Source: Candidatus Delongbacteria bacterium
GTDB taxonomy: Bacteria > CAIWAD01
Assembly: GCA_963663545.1 (NCBI GenBank)
Contig: OY760505.1
Coordinates: forward strand, 2,528,001-2,592,000
Direction: 5' to 3'
DNA length: 64,000 nucleotides
Every line of letters begins with the position of its first letter. Position 1 is the first letter of the stretch. The notes beneath the pieces were generated by a model. The model did no database searches and had not been told where the DNA came from. It saw only the letters and a list, made by a program, of their open reading frames with translations. A program made the position numbers and the translations under genes. Shown one piece after another: positions 10,948 through 20,603 of the stretch.

Positions 10948-13900
10948 ATGAAAAGAACAGCACGCAGTGGGCTAATGGCCCTGTTCCTGGTTGTTTCTTC
11001 CCTTGCCGCCAGTCCGATGGTGCTTGGCGATGCAGCGGGACCCGCATTCACCCTCGACCTTGTTGAGTCGAGCAGCAGCGGCCTTGTCTACGAATTCCGG
11101 CTTAACTGGCTGGATATCGTAGAGGATGAAGCTGGCCAGCATTGGCGGCTACCCGGAGAAACCGTTACGAGCAAGATTGGTGCGCCCGAGTTGCCCGCCA
11201 TTACGCGACTGCTGGCACTGCCGCCTCAGGCGGGTCCACAGATCGAGATTCTGGAGCAGGAGGACACGCTGCTACAGGGTCTTTATCCGGCAGCGTCGGC
11301 GCCCCATCGTCGCGAGCAGGAAGAGCTGAGCGAGCGTGCCGACAGATCAGCACCGGATGTGGCGTATTACGAAGGCGGAAAATCATGGCCAGAGGAAATG
11401 ATCCGTCTTGGGGAACCTGCTCTTTGGCTGGGTGCCAGGGTCTGCCCCTTGGATGTCTTTCCCGTGATGACTTTGGGAGCCGACGCTTCTCTATCCATCA
11501 TGACCTTCGCTCGTTTTCGCGTCAACTTCAGCGGCGGTCCCGTCCTAAACCCCGGACGCGAGCGGACTGTGCCAGAGGCGTTTACCAACTGTGTTGCCGC
11601 TCAGGTAGACAACGCGGATGATTTCCGCCGCTGGGTTGAAACTGATGTATCACGCCTTTCGCAGGTTGCTCTAGGGCACTATCTGGTTGTCATTCCCGAT
11701 GCTGCGCTGACCGGCTTGAACACCTGGCTGGATTACAAGCGCCGCATGGGATTTCGTGTCACGGTTCTGCTGAAGAGTGAGATCGGTGGTACTAATCCAC
11801 TGGCTTCGGTAATTAAGGCGGCAATCCAGGAGATTTGGGACGCGGATCCATTCGAGTACCTGCTGTTGGTTGGCGATGTAGATCGAACTACCAACAGTTT
11901 TACGCTGATGAGCGATTTCATCGCTGGCGGTCAGTACGCGGAGTACACATGGAATGAAAACATCGTCACGGATCACCCTTATTCACTCCTGGAGGGGGAC
12001 GACTATTTCTCTGACGTGCTGGTGGGCCGCTTCTCTGCTGACAACCTGACGCAATTGTCCACCATCAGTTCCCGCTGCCGACTCTACGAAGAAGCTCCCC
12101 CGACCGGTGTTGATCAGGAGTGGTTCAGCCGTGCGATCATGATCTACGATGTGGCCGAAGCGGGAAGTCGCCGTGAGACAAAACTCAGCATTCGCGATCA
12201 GCTGCTCGCCATCGGCTATACGCAGGTGGACACAATTCGCAATCATCAGACCAATGCAGTTGTATCACCGACGGTTGTGCTGAACGCCGTGAATCATGGT
12301 GCCTCCATGATCAACTACCGTGGTTTCGGCTATCGCTACTCCTGGCATGGGCCTAACTTTGGTAACGAACACATCTTCCAGCTCAGCAATTACGGACGCT
12401 GGCCCTTTGTCACTTCCATTGTCTGCGGAGGCGGTGACTTCGGCAGCATGTACAGTGATCCCTGTTTCGGCGAAGCCTGGCTGCGTGAGGGAAGCGTGGA
12501 TGAGCCGACGGGGGCTATTGCATTCATCGGTCCTTCGGAAGAAGACACGCATACCATGTGGAACAATGCCATCGACTGCGGCATCTACGAAGGCTTAACC
12601 ATGGAAGGCCTGCGTACTCCAGGTATGCTCATGCAGCGCGGAAAAACAGAGCTCTGGGAAGTCTTTCCTAACGACCGTCAATGGAGTGGGCCTGGTGCCA
12701 GTGTGCCCTTCTATTTCCACTGCTATAACCTGCTGGGTGATCCGGGGCTTGTATTACGCACGCGTGAACCGTTGCAGCTCGTGTGTGACATGCCAGCTCA
12801 GCTTCCCATTGGCGATTGCATGTTTTCGCTCTTTGTGAGTGACATGGATGGAAATCCGGTTCCAGAGGTTACAGCCTGTCTACACAACACCGAGACTCTG
12901 GAGAATTGCATTGCCGTCAGCGATGAGCAAGGTGTCATCCTGCTGGAGCCCGGCGAGTTGGAAAGCGGAGACGAGTTCCATCTCACGCTCTTTGGACAGG
13001 ACATGCGCGGCCTCAGCAGAGAGGTTCGCGTTGATACAGCCGCGTCTGCGATTCGTGTTACAAAACTTGTGATCAACGATGTGTGTGCCGGAAACAGTGA
13101 CTCAATGGCGAATCCCGGCGAAGAGATGCGTCTGAGTCTGGATCTGGTCGAGCTGGGCAATGTAGGCCTGGAGGGAGAAGTAGAGATTGAACTGATGGCG
13201 CCCTTGGGCGGTGTCACATTCATCGATAGCCTGGAAATCTTTGAGGACGGTGTTGCGCCCGGTGATACAATGCACGCGCTGGACGCGTTTCGCATTGTGC
13301 TGGATGAGACACTGTGTCACGGCGACCGGGTCCCCTTTGATATCTACGTAAACCAGTCCTGGGTTGGCCGACGCAACGTGTCCGTGTTCGATTGGAATTT
13401 TGACGTTCTGGATGTGCGGGCGAATGTGGGCGAACTCCTCCCGGGAGCCAATCCATTGGTTGAGGTGCAGGTTTTAAATTCAGGCGCCTATGGCGGGCAA
13501 GGCCTGTATGCACTGATCGAGCAGGAAGTCGATGAGCTGGATGTAGTTTCCGGCACGCTCAGTCCTTTCGACAGTGAACCCGACTCTGCAAGTTGGTGTA
13601 GCACGGCTGAGCTGCTTATCGGTGAAGATCTGATTGCCGGCATGCAGGTACCTCTGCGGCTGAAGATGTATGGGCAGGGAGCAGACCCGCATTTGGTTCC
13701 GCCCTTGTATGAGACGGTCTTTCAGCTGCAACTCGCGGGAGCCGAAGAGGGGGATCCGCTTGGGCCTGACAGCTTCGGTCACCTTATTCTGCACTCGGAA
13801 GACGACTCTCCCACGGCTCCTGACTTTGTCTGGAACGATATCAGTGATGTGGGTTCACTGCTCGACATCGAGGACGTCGCCACAGAGTATTGGAACGATG

Positions 13901-14760
13901 GCGAAGATGGTATCACGCGAGTCATCGGCCTTCCCTTCGACTTCGTGTATTACGGCGAGCACTATGATCAGGTAACCGTGTGCAGCAATGGCTGGATTGC
14001 ACTTGGAGACCGCGAGTTTCATATCAGCGGATTGAATACACCCATTCCTGCAGCCCAGGGGCCACCCTGCATGATAGCCGGCTACTGGTGTAATCTTTAC
14101 AACACCTACAACAATGATCGGTTTGGTACGCTGCACTTGTACTACGACAACGCTGCCGGTGAAATGACCTTCCAGTGGACCAACTGGCGTCCCGTTGGCG
14201 TTGGCGCTGATGTGAGTTTCCAAATCGTTCTGCGTGATCCACAGGTCTTCGAGACATCAACCGGTGACGGCCAGATTCTCATGTATTACAACGAGGTGGC
14301 CTACAGCAATGGACGCCACGGCTTCACTGTGGGCATTGAGAACGAAGCCGAGACAGAGGGGCTGTGTTACACCTTCAACAACACTTATGATGAGGTTTGT
14401 CAGGAGATCGAAGCAGGAACAGCACTGCTGGTCACCAGTTTGGGGGGGTATACCGACGTGGAGCCTGCACCAGCACTCGTGGATGATTTCCGCATGCTTG
14501 GCGCGCGGCCCAATCCTTTCAATCCGGTGACACAGGTGAGCTGGGAGCAGCCAGCGGCGGGTGATGTGTCGTGGGCCCTCTTCAATCTGCGCGGGCAGTT
14601 GGTGCAGTCGGGTCGTTTGGCGGGGCTTCCGGCAGGACAACACGAGCTGCGCGTGGATCTAAGCACCCAGTCTTCGGGCCTTTATTTCATGCGCTTGCAG
14701 GCTCCTGGTGCTGCTGGAGTTCGTCGTAGCGCAAACCTGCGCCTGCTTATGCTGAAGTAG
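10948..14760 (+). CDS. C25 (gingipain-like) peptidase family protein with C-terminal sorting domain
   Basis: Tandem paralog of 7134..10928 (shared GSRRETK, TSIVCGGGDF, AFIGPSEEDTHT, SVPFYFHCYNLLGDPGL); ends PNPFNP...RLLMLK. Confidence 0.88.
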   Translation: MKRTARSGLMALFLVVSSLAASPMVLGDAAGPAFTLDLVESSSSGLVYEFRLNWLDIVEDEAGQHWRLPGETVTSKIGAPELPAITRLLALPPQAGPQIEILEQEDTLLQGLYPAASAPHRREQEELSERADRSAPDVAYYEGGKSWPEEMIRLGEPALWLGARVCPLDVFPVMTLGADASLSIMTFARFRVNFSGGPVLNPGRERTVPEAFTNCVAAQVDNADDFRRWVETDVSRLSQVALGHYLVVIPDAALTGLNTWLDYKRRMGFRVTVLLKSEIGGTNPLASVIKAAIQEIWDADPFEYLLLVGDVDRTTNSFTLMSDFIAGGQYAEYTWNENIVTDHPYSLLEGDDYFSDVLVGRFSADNLTQLSTISSRCRLYEEAPPTGVDQEWFSRAIMIYDVAEAGSRRETKLSIRDQLLAIGYTQVDTIRNHQTNAVVSPTVVLNAVNHGASMINYRGFGYRYSWHGPNFGNEHIFQLSNYGRWPFVTSIVCGGGDFGSMYSDPCFGEAWLREGSVDEPTGAIAFIGPSEEDTHTMWNNAIDCGIYEGLTMEGLRTPGMLMQRGKTELWEVFPNDRQWSGPGASVPFYFHCYNLLGDPGLVLRTREPLQLVCDMPAQLPIGDCMFSLFVSDMDGNPVPEVTACLHNTETLENCIAVSDEQGVILLEPGELESGDEFHLTLFGQDMRGLSREVRVDTAASAIRVTKLVINDVCAGNSDSMANPGEEMRLSLDLVELGNVGLEGEVEIELMAPLGGVTFIDSLEIFEDGVAPGDTMHALDAFRIVLDETLCHGDRVPFDIYVNQSWVGRRNVSVFDWNFDVLDVRANVGELLPGANPLVEVQVLNSGAYGGQGLYALIEQEVDELDVVSGTLSPFDSEPDSASWCSTAELLIGEDLIAGMQVPLRLKMYGQGADPHLVPPLYETVFQLQLAGAEEGDPLGPDSFGHLILHSEDDSPTAPDFVWNDISDVGSLLDIEDVATEYWNDGEDGITRVIGLPFDFVYYGEHYDQVTVCSNGWIALGDREFHISGLNTPIPAAQGPPCMIAGYWCNLYNTYNNDRFGTLHLYYDNAAGEMTFQWTNWRPVGVGADVSFQIVLRDPQVFETSTGDGQILMYYNEVAYSNGRHGFTVGIENEAETEGLCYTFNNTYDEVCQEIEAGTALLVTSLGGYTDVEPAPALVDDFRMLGARPNPFNPVTQVSWEQPAAGDVSWALFNLRGQLVQSGRLAGLPAGQHELRVDLSTQSSGLYFMRLQAPGAAGVRRSANLRLLMLK

Positions 14761-14786
14761 AAACAGGCTATTCAAACAGTGTAATC

Positions 14787-14816
14787 GACCCCGGCTTCCC
14801 CCGGGGTCTTCTTTTT
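14787..14816 (+). terminator. Rho-independent terminator
   Basis: GACCCCGG-loop-CCGGGGTC followed by TTCTTTTT. Confidence 0.8.
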
Positions 14817-15024
14817 GCGCCGGAGTAGCACTGGAGCCGCTTTCATTACTGGTTTCTTCTTTGACAATCGCAGCCGCTTTGCTTCCTTGCTCCTCCCGCT
14901 CTACCCGGACCTTGCGATCTGGTACAGCGGCATGAACCTGCAAGCCTGCCGGTGTTTCTGGTCGAAGGACGACCCACCACCGTGTACACTGCATCACCCC
15001 GGATAGTTGTGCAAGGAGGATACC

Positions 15025-16452
15025 TTGTTCGAGCATCGTGAGGAAGTTCTCGGCTACATCATCGATCATGAAATCGAGATGGTCGACCTCAAATTCGTCA
15101 ACCTGTTTGGCGGTTGGCACCATATCACTCTACCTGCAGCGCAGTTCACCCAGGATGTCTTCGAGGAGGGCGTACCCTTCGATGGCTCCAGTACGCCCGG
15201 ATTCCGCTCGACCGAAGCTGGTGATATGGTTCTGCTGCCCGACCCGCGCACCGCGTATCACGATCCCTTCTGGGAAATGCCTGTGCTCAGCATCTTCTGC
15301 GATATCGCCGAAGCCGACACCCGCGAGCCTTTTGTGCGTGATCCGCGCTCCGTGGCCGCACGTGCAGAAGAATATTTGCGCTCCAGCGGCATTGGCACTC
15401 ACAGCAAGTGGGGGCCCGAGTTCGAATTTTACCTCTTCGACTCCATCAACATGGCCAACGACGAGCACCGCGCCATGGTGCACATCGACAGTGAAGAAGG
15501 CGCGTGGAACCGCATGCTGGACGAGGCCAACGAGGGCTATCGCATCGGCAACCACGGCGGATATCACGTAAGTCCGCCCGCTGACCGCAGCTACAACCTG
15601 CGCAGCGAGATGGTGCGTCAGCTGCAGGCGGCTGAAATACCCGTGCGCTATCATCATCACGAAGTGGGAGGTCCCGGCCAGAACGAAATCGAGATCATGA
15701 TGGACACGCTACGCCGCGCAGCCGACAAGGCCATGTGGGTGAAGTACGTGATACGCATGGTGGCGCATCAGTACGGGCGTACGGCGACCTTCATGCCCAA
15801 GCCGCTTTATAACATCGCTGGCAATGGCATGCACTTTCATCAGCACTTGTTCAACGAAGGTGATCCGCTGTTTTATGAAAAGGGCAGTTACGCGGATCTT
15901 TCGCCGACCGCACGCTGGTATATTGGCGGTCTGTTGTATCACGGTGCGAGCCTCTTGGCCTTGACCAACCCCAGCACCAACAGCTATCGCCGTCTGGTGC
16001 CGGGTTTCGAGGCGCCGGTAAAAGCCTTCTATTCACTAGGCAATCGTAGTGCTGCCGTGCGCATTTTGAAGTACGCGACCCAGCCCATGGAAAAGCGCAT
16101 CGAGTTCCGTCCGCCCGACGCAACGTGCAACATCTATCTGGCGATGGCCGCGCAGCTGATGGCGGGCATCGATGGCATCAAACGCAAGATAGAGCCCGCC
16201 GAGTATGGCTTTGGCCCCTTTGATGTCAATGTTTTCAAGTTGCCGCCGGAAGAGCGCGACAAAATTCAGTCGCTGCCCGGTTCCCTTACCGAGGCGCTGG
16301 ATGCCCTCGAGAAGGATCACGACTACTTGCTTCAGGGCGGTGTGTTTACCGAGGATATCATCAAGACCTGGATCGCCCAGAAACGCATTGAGGCCGACGC
16401 ACTGCGCGGGCGGCCGCATCCCTATGAATTCGAGATGTATTACGAGTGCTAG
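15025..16452 (+). CDS. glnA: Glutamine synthetase type I
   Basis: FDGSS, HHHEV, ATFMPKP, GNGMHFH, NSYRRLVPGFEAP, RIEFRPPD, PHPYEFEMYY. TTG start after GGAGGA. Confidence 0.97.
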   Translation: MFEHREEVLGYIIDHEIEMVDLKFVNLFGGWHHITLPAAQFTQDVFEEGVPFDGSSTPGFRSTEAGDMVLLPDPRTAYHDPFWEMPVLSIFCDIAEADTREPFVRDPRSVAARAEEYLRSSGIGTHSKWGPEFEFYLFDSINMANDEHRAMVHIDSEEGAWNRMLDEANEGYRIGNHGGYHVSPPADRSYNLRSEMVRQLQAAEIPVRYHHHEVGGPGQNEIEIMMDTLRRAADKAMWVKYVIRMVAHQYGRTATFMPKPLYNIAGNGMHFHQHLFNEGDPLFYEKGSYADLSPTARWYIGGLLYHGASLLALTNPSTNSYRRLVPGFEAPVKAFYSLGNRSAAVRILKYATQPMEKRIEFRPPDATCNIYLAMAAQLMAGIDGIKRKIEPAEYGFGPFDVNVFKLPPEERDKIQSLPGSLTEALDALEKDHDYLLQGGVFTEDIIKTWIAQKRIEADALRGRPHPYEFEMYYEC

Positions 16453-16472
16453 TGCACGGATCTGTGATACAC

Positions 16473-16499
16473 AAAAGGGCGGCCCGCGGGTCGCCCTTT
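16473..16499. terminator. Bidirectional terminator
   Basis: AAAAGGGCGGCCC-G-CGGGTCGCCCTTT between convergent genes. Confidence 0.7.
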
Positions 16500-16522
16500 G
16501 TGCGTTATAGACAAGCCGGTGA

Positions 16523-17314
16523 TCATTGCACGCGGCGCACGCGAGCGGGATTACGTGGCGGAATGCGCTTGTACTCCAGCGCTGGACGCCCCAGCATCAT
16601 GGCGCCCACAATCTTCTGGTCTTCCGGAACGCCCAGCTCTTTGGCCAGAGCAGGATCCAGATTGGATGCCATCATCAGCAGACCCGCCCAGCAGCAGCCC
16701 AGGCCGCGGGCTGTGGCCAGCAGATCCAGACTGTGTAGCGCGAGGGCGCTGTCCACAACGGCGCTGAGTACGCCTGCCGGTGCCGTGAGAACCAGCACAT
16801 GAGGTGCACCGCGCAGAATGAGATCGCGACCTTCCTGGCTGGCGAACTTGTACCCGCCGGGAGTATCGGCGTCCTGCAGGATGCGCGCAATCTGGTCGGA
16901 AAGCGCACGCAGGCGCTCCTTGCCTTCCACGATATGCCAGGAGAGAGCCTGGGAATTACGCACCGTTGGTGCCCAGCGTGTCACGGAGATCAGCTGATCC
17001 ACCTCGGCAAGGTCAAGGGCCTCGGGCCTGTAGTTGCGAATTGAGCGCCTTGAGAGCATGAGTTTGCCCAGGCTTTCCGCGCTTAGGGATGAAACATCGG
17101 AGGTTGGCCAGGAGCTGCCATCCTCACCGTTCATGCTAATGGCACCATGCGGGCAGACGGCAACACAGTGTCCGCATTCGATGCACAGTTTTTCGGCGGG
17201 CTCAACCAATGAAGCCACTGAATCGCCTTCCTGAACGAAGAGCAGCAGTGGACAGGCCTGCGCGCATTTACCGCAGGGTTGACACAAATTCTGTGATACA
17301 TGAAGGGTGGCCAT
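16523..17314 (-). CDS. Nitroreductase family protein with N-terminal 2x[4Fe-4S] ferredoxin domain
   Basis: CxxCxxCxxxCP twice; RRSIRNY; APT..NSQ; GLGCCW. Confidence 0.9.
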   Translation of the reverse strand: MATLHVSQNLCQPCGKCAQACPLLLFVQEGDSVASLVEPAEKLCIECGHCVAVCPHGAISMNGEDGSSWPTSDVSSLSAESLGKLMLSRRSIRNYRPEALDLAEVDQLISVTRWAPTVRNSQALSWHIVEGKERLRALSDQIARILQDADTPGGYKFASQEGRDLILRGAPHVLVLTAPAGVLSAVVDSALALHSLDLLATARGLGCCWAGLLMMASNLDPALAKELGVPEDQKIVGAMMLGRPALEYKRIPPRNPARVRRVQ

Positions 17315-17423
17315 GAATTCCTCCGGGATTGTTTTCCTACAAGGGGTGCGCGGTGCCAGTCACGATTCATGGGGCAACTTCCGTGAATGCCACCTATCTT
17401 GCAAGTATCACAAAGGAGTGCTC

Positions 17424-18125
17424 GTGCTTTACACTCTGCTTGCCCCGGTTTATCGTGAACTGTTTCCGCTGCGGCAGGAAGAGCTTCGTCTATGTCTGGA
17501 AGGTGCATCTGCTGACATGCGAGTCCTTGACATCGGCTGTGGCGATGGCGCGCTGGTGCAGGCACTATGCAAGGAGGGTTGCGATGCCATTGGCGTGGAT
17601 CTGGACGCTGGAATGATTAAGACGGCCGAGGAACACCTGCCGGGGCGCTTTCATTGTCTGGATGCGCGCGATTTGCATACACTCGCCGGGCCGTTTGATC
17701 TCTTCTGCTGCCTGGGTAACAGCCTATCTTATCTGAAGGAAGACGATGTGCAGAAGATGCTGATGGTACTACGAAAGATCGGATCACAAGGCGCGCGTCT
17801 TGTATTACAAACGGTCAATTGGGATCGCGTGCTCACGGGTAGATTTCCCGGGTTCCCGTCGCGTAGCATCAAGGGTTGGGGGCGCTTTGAGCGCGAGTAC
17901 ACAGAGGCCTCTGTAGATCGTATATGCTTCCGCACTCACGTGCTTCTGGAGAGTGGAAAACGACACGAGTTTTGTGATACACTTTACCCGCTGCGCAAAG
18001 GCCGCTTGTTGGAGCTCCTTGGATCTGCAGGCTGGACGGGAGTTGAGTCCTTCGGCGCCTTTGATCGCAGTCCATGGCACACCGATGCGCCTGCGACAAT
18101 TGTGCGCACCGTGTCAATGTCATAA
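17424..18125 (+). CDS. Class I SAM-dependent methyltransferase
   Basis: VLDIGCGDG motif I and CLGNSL. Start uncertain (ORF opens at 17307; GTG 17424 follows AAGGAG). Confidence 0.85.
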   Translation: MLYTLLAPVYRELFPLRQEELRLCLEGASADMRVLDIGCGDGALVQALCKEGCDAIGVDLDAGMIKTAEEHLPGRFHCLDARDLHTLAGPFDLFCCLGNSLSYLKEDDVQKMLMVLRKIGSQGARLVLQTVNWDRVLTGRFPGFPSRSIKGWGRFEREYTEASVDRICFRTHVLLESGKRHEFCDTLYPLRKGRLLELLGSAGWTGVESFGAFDRSPWHTDAPATIVRTVSMS

Positions 18126-18142
18126 CCGCAGAAAGGACCGTT

Positions 18143-18499
18143 ATGCATCACATCAAAAAGGCTGCTCGCGTAGAGGCTGCAGGAACGCCACCCAAGATCA
18201 TTGAAGAGTTTGTTGGTCGCGTGAACACCGGCGAAGACCGGCTAAGCATAGCACGAATGCGCAGCCCGCGTGGCTGGAGCGAACCCTTTCAACGTCCGCA
18301 GTTCGACGAGTACACCTTGGTGCTCAAGGGCCAATTGCAGGTGGAGTGTGACACACGTGTGATACAAGTGTGCGCCGGAGAAGCTGTTCTTCTTAGCGCA
18401 GGTGAGCGCGTGCGCTACTCCTCACCCTTGGAAGACTGTGAGTATGTGGCCATTTGTCTACCCGCCTTTTCAGCCGACACAGTACATAGAGAAGACTAA
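18143..18499 (+). CDS. Cupin domain protein (EutQ-like)
   Basis: PKIIEEFVGRVN...WSEPFQRPQFDEYTLVLKG...YVAICLPAFS. Confidence 0.85.
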   Translation: MHHIKKAARVEAAGTPPKIIEEFVGRVNTGEDRLSIARMRSPRGWSEPFQRPQFDEYTLVLKGQLQVECDTRVIQVCAGEAVLLSAGERVRYSSPLEDCEYVAICLPAFSADTVHRED

Positions 18500-18512
18500 A
18501 CAGAGGACGCCA

Positions 18513-18980
18513 ATGAACGCCGAGAGTTGTCTGCAAACCCTGAGTATCACGAAACGCTTTTTCAACAACGCCACCGCCTGCTTCAGCGAGGAGCATAGCG
18601 GTTTCGTTCCTGTCGAGGGCATGTTTAGCACGGCACAGCAGGTGGCACACGTTGCGCAAACGGTGGAGTGGTTTACGCGCGGTGCCTTTTCGCCAAACGG
18701 TTTCGATATGGACTTCGCAGCACACGAAGCGCAAGTTCGCGCGTGCACCAGTCTGCGTGATGCACGCGCCTGGCTGGAGCGTGCTTTTCAGGAAGCCGCC
18801 GAAGCCTTCAGTGCCGACGATGAGACGCTTGAACAACCGATTCTGGACCGTCAGATCTTTGCGGGAGCTCCGCGTTTTGTGATTGTGGGGTCCATCGAGG
18901 AACACACCGCCCACCATCGCGGATCGCTGGCGGTTTACGCGCGGCTGCAGGGGCTGGTCCCCGCAATGCCCTACGAATGA
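18513..18980 (+). CDS. DinB family protein
   Basis: QQVAH and EHTAHHRGSLAVYARLQGLVP metal-binding motifs. Confidence 0.85.
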   Translation: MNAESCLQTLSITKRFFNNATACFSEEHSGFVPVEGMFSTAQQVAHVAQTVEWFTRGAFSPNGFDMDFAAHEAQVRACTSLRDARAWLERAFQEAAEAFSADDETLEQPILDRQIFAGAPRFVIVGSIEEHTAHHRGSLAVYARLQGLVPAMPYE

Positions 18981-19002
18981 TGTGATACCCGTTTGCGCTC
19001 TC

Positions 19003-19791
19003 TCAGCTGGACGCACTGGCGTAGGCACGCAGACCCTGTCGCCAAACGAAGGCCAGCAGTAGCGACAGCCCTAGCGTGACCGCTGTCAGCTCCAGCAGCC
19101 TGACCGGGTCGGCGCCCTCAAACAGAATGCGTGCCGGATACGAAGCCACTAGCGCCAGCGGCAGAATGGTGGTAAACAGCAGGCGTCCCAGGCCGGTGAA
19201 GATGCGGTCGGGCCGGTTCATGAATTCGGTCATGTGGTAGAAGATGCCCTGGAGGCCCTCGTTGTGATGCAGCCAGAAGACCGGCAGGTTGAAGAGCATG
19301 TGCAGCAGATAGTAGAGCAGGGTTCCATTCACCAGCAACAGCAGATAGACCAGCACCGAACCCGCCCCCAGTTCGCCGGGGTAGCGTGCTAGAGCCCAGG
19401 CCAGCAGCCCCAAAGCCGCCAGCAGGTTGACGAAGGAATCGGCGGCGAAGTCGCGCAGACTGACGAAGAATAGGGTTGAGACGGGCCGCACCAGGTAGTA
19501 ATCCAGATCGCCGCGATTCACGAAGTAGGGGAAGACCCACATGTTGTTGGAGACAATGCTCATCTGCAGGGCGTTGACCACGAAGTAGCCGCAGGTGAAC
19601 ACCAGCACTTGGTCGTAGTTCCAGCCGCCCATCAGTTGTGTGTGACGGTAGATGACGCTGAAGAAAGCCAGACTCACGGCGTAGAAGACCAGGTCCATTA
19701 CGATGCGGAAGAGAAAGTCGAGGCGGAATTCCATCGCCCGCGAAAAAGAGAAGCGTAGAAAGTGCAGATAGAGGCGCAGGTAGCGTTGCAT
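19003..19791 (-). CDS. ABC-2 family transporter permease
   Basis: Hydrophobic; GDLDYYLVRPVS; ends GLRAYASASS; coupled by TGATG overlap. Confidence 0.88.
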   Translation of the reverse strand: MQRYLRLYLHFLRFSFSRAMEFRLDFLFRIVMDLVFYAVSLAFFSVIYRHTQLMGGWNYDQVLVFTCGYFVVNALQMSIVSNNMWVFPYFVNRGDLDYYLVRPVSTLFFVSLRDFAADSFVNLLAALGLLAWALARYPGELGAGSVLVYLLLLVNGTLLYYLLHMLFNLPVFWLHHNEGLQGIFYHMTEFMNRPDRIFTGLGRLLFTTILPLALVASYPARILFEGADPVRLLELTAVTLGLSLLLAFVWRQGLRAYASASS

Positions 19792-20603
19792 CAGATTCCC
19801 ACTCCTGTGTATTGCACAGTACCGCGTTGCCACACCGTTCGTGATACAAATGTCAGCAGCAGAATCCAGCCACAGATGCAAGCGATCGAGAGCAGATACT
19901 GCCCCTGTGTTACACGTCCCATTAGAGTCGCTACGGGAAAGTCGTAGAGCAGCGCTGGGGGTAGCAAGCGCAAGGTGTTCGCCCAGTGCTCGGGGAAAAG
20001 GGACAGCGGTAGCAGTCCTCCTCCCAGCAGGCCGGAAGCGAAGCGCGCCAGCAGCACCAGGCTCCAGACGTTGTCGGCCCAGAAAGCCACCAACTGCAGA
20101 GGCAGGTAGAGCAGAAAGGCTAGCAGGCTGCCCAGCAGGACAACGGGCAGGGCGCGTATCACATTCATCGCACTGACAACCGCCAGTTCTTCATGGGGAA
20201 AGAAGTACCAGAGCACCAGTGCCGAAAGAGCGATCTGCAAGACTACATCAACAATACCGCCCATCTGCTGGGCGTATTTTACAGGCAGGTAGCTGAGTGG
20301 ATAAACGAGATAGCGGCTCAGACTTCCGTTGTAGATCTCTTCGGCCAGATCCATGTCGCCGATGCGCAGCTGCGTGAGACGCATGGTCAGCATCATCAGC
20401 ACGTAGTACAGCATCATTCCTGCAAGCGTGTATCCGCCGTAGCTTTCCTGCCCGGTGCTGGCAAAAATGGAGCTCCACAGGTACCAGACCAGCCCCAGGC
20501 CGATCAGCGTGTTGACTACGGTCTTGACCCAGAAGTCCAGGCGGTAGCTCATGCTCTTGCGCGCTTGCAGTGAAAAGAAATGGAACAGCATGGTTGGCCT
20601 CAT
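19791..20603 (-). CDS. ABC-2 family transporter permease
   Basis: Hydrophobic; EIYNGSLSRYLVYPLSY; ends QYTGVGI. Confidence 0.88.
   Translation of the reverse strand: MRPTMLFHFFSLQARKSMSYRLDFWVKTVVNTLIGLGLVWYLWSSIFASTGQESYGGYTLAGMMLYYVLMMLTMRLTQLRIGDMDLAEEIYNGSLSRYLVYPLSYLPVKYAQQMGGIVDVVLQIALSALVLWYFFPHEELAVVSAMNVIRALPVVLLGSLLAFLLYLPLQLVAFWADNVWSLVLLARFASGLLGGGLLPLSLFPEHWANTLRLLPPALLYDFPVATLMGRVTQGQYLLSIACICGWILLLTFVSRTVWQRGTVQYTGVGI

Noticed and set aside
14815..15020. Sigma-54 promoter or small ORF before glnA
   Set aside because: TGGTAC is not followed by TTGC at the right spacing; the short ORFs lack support
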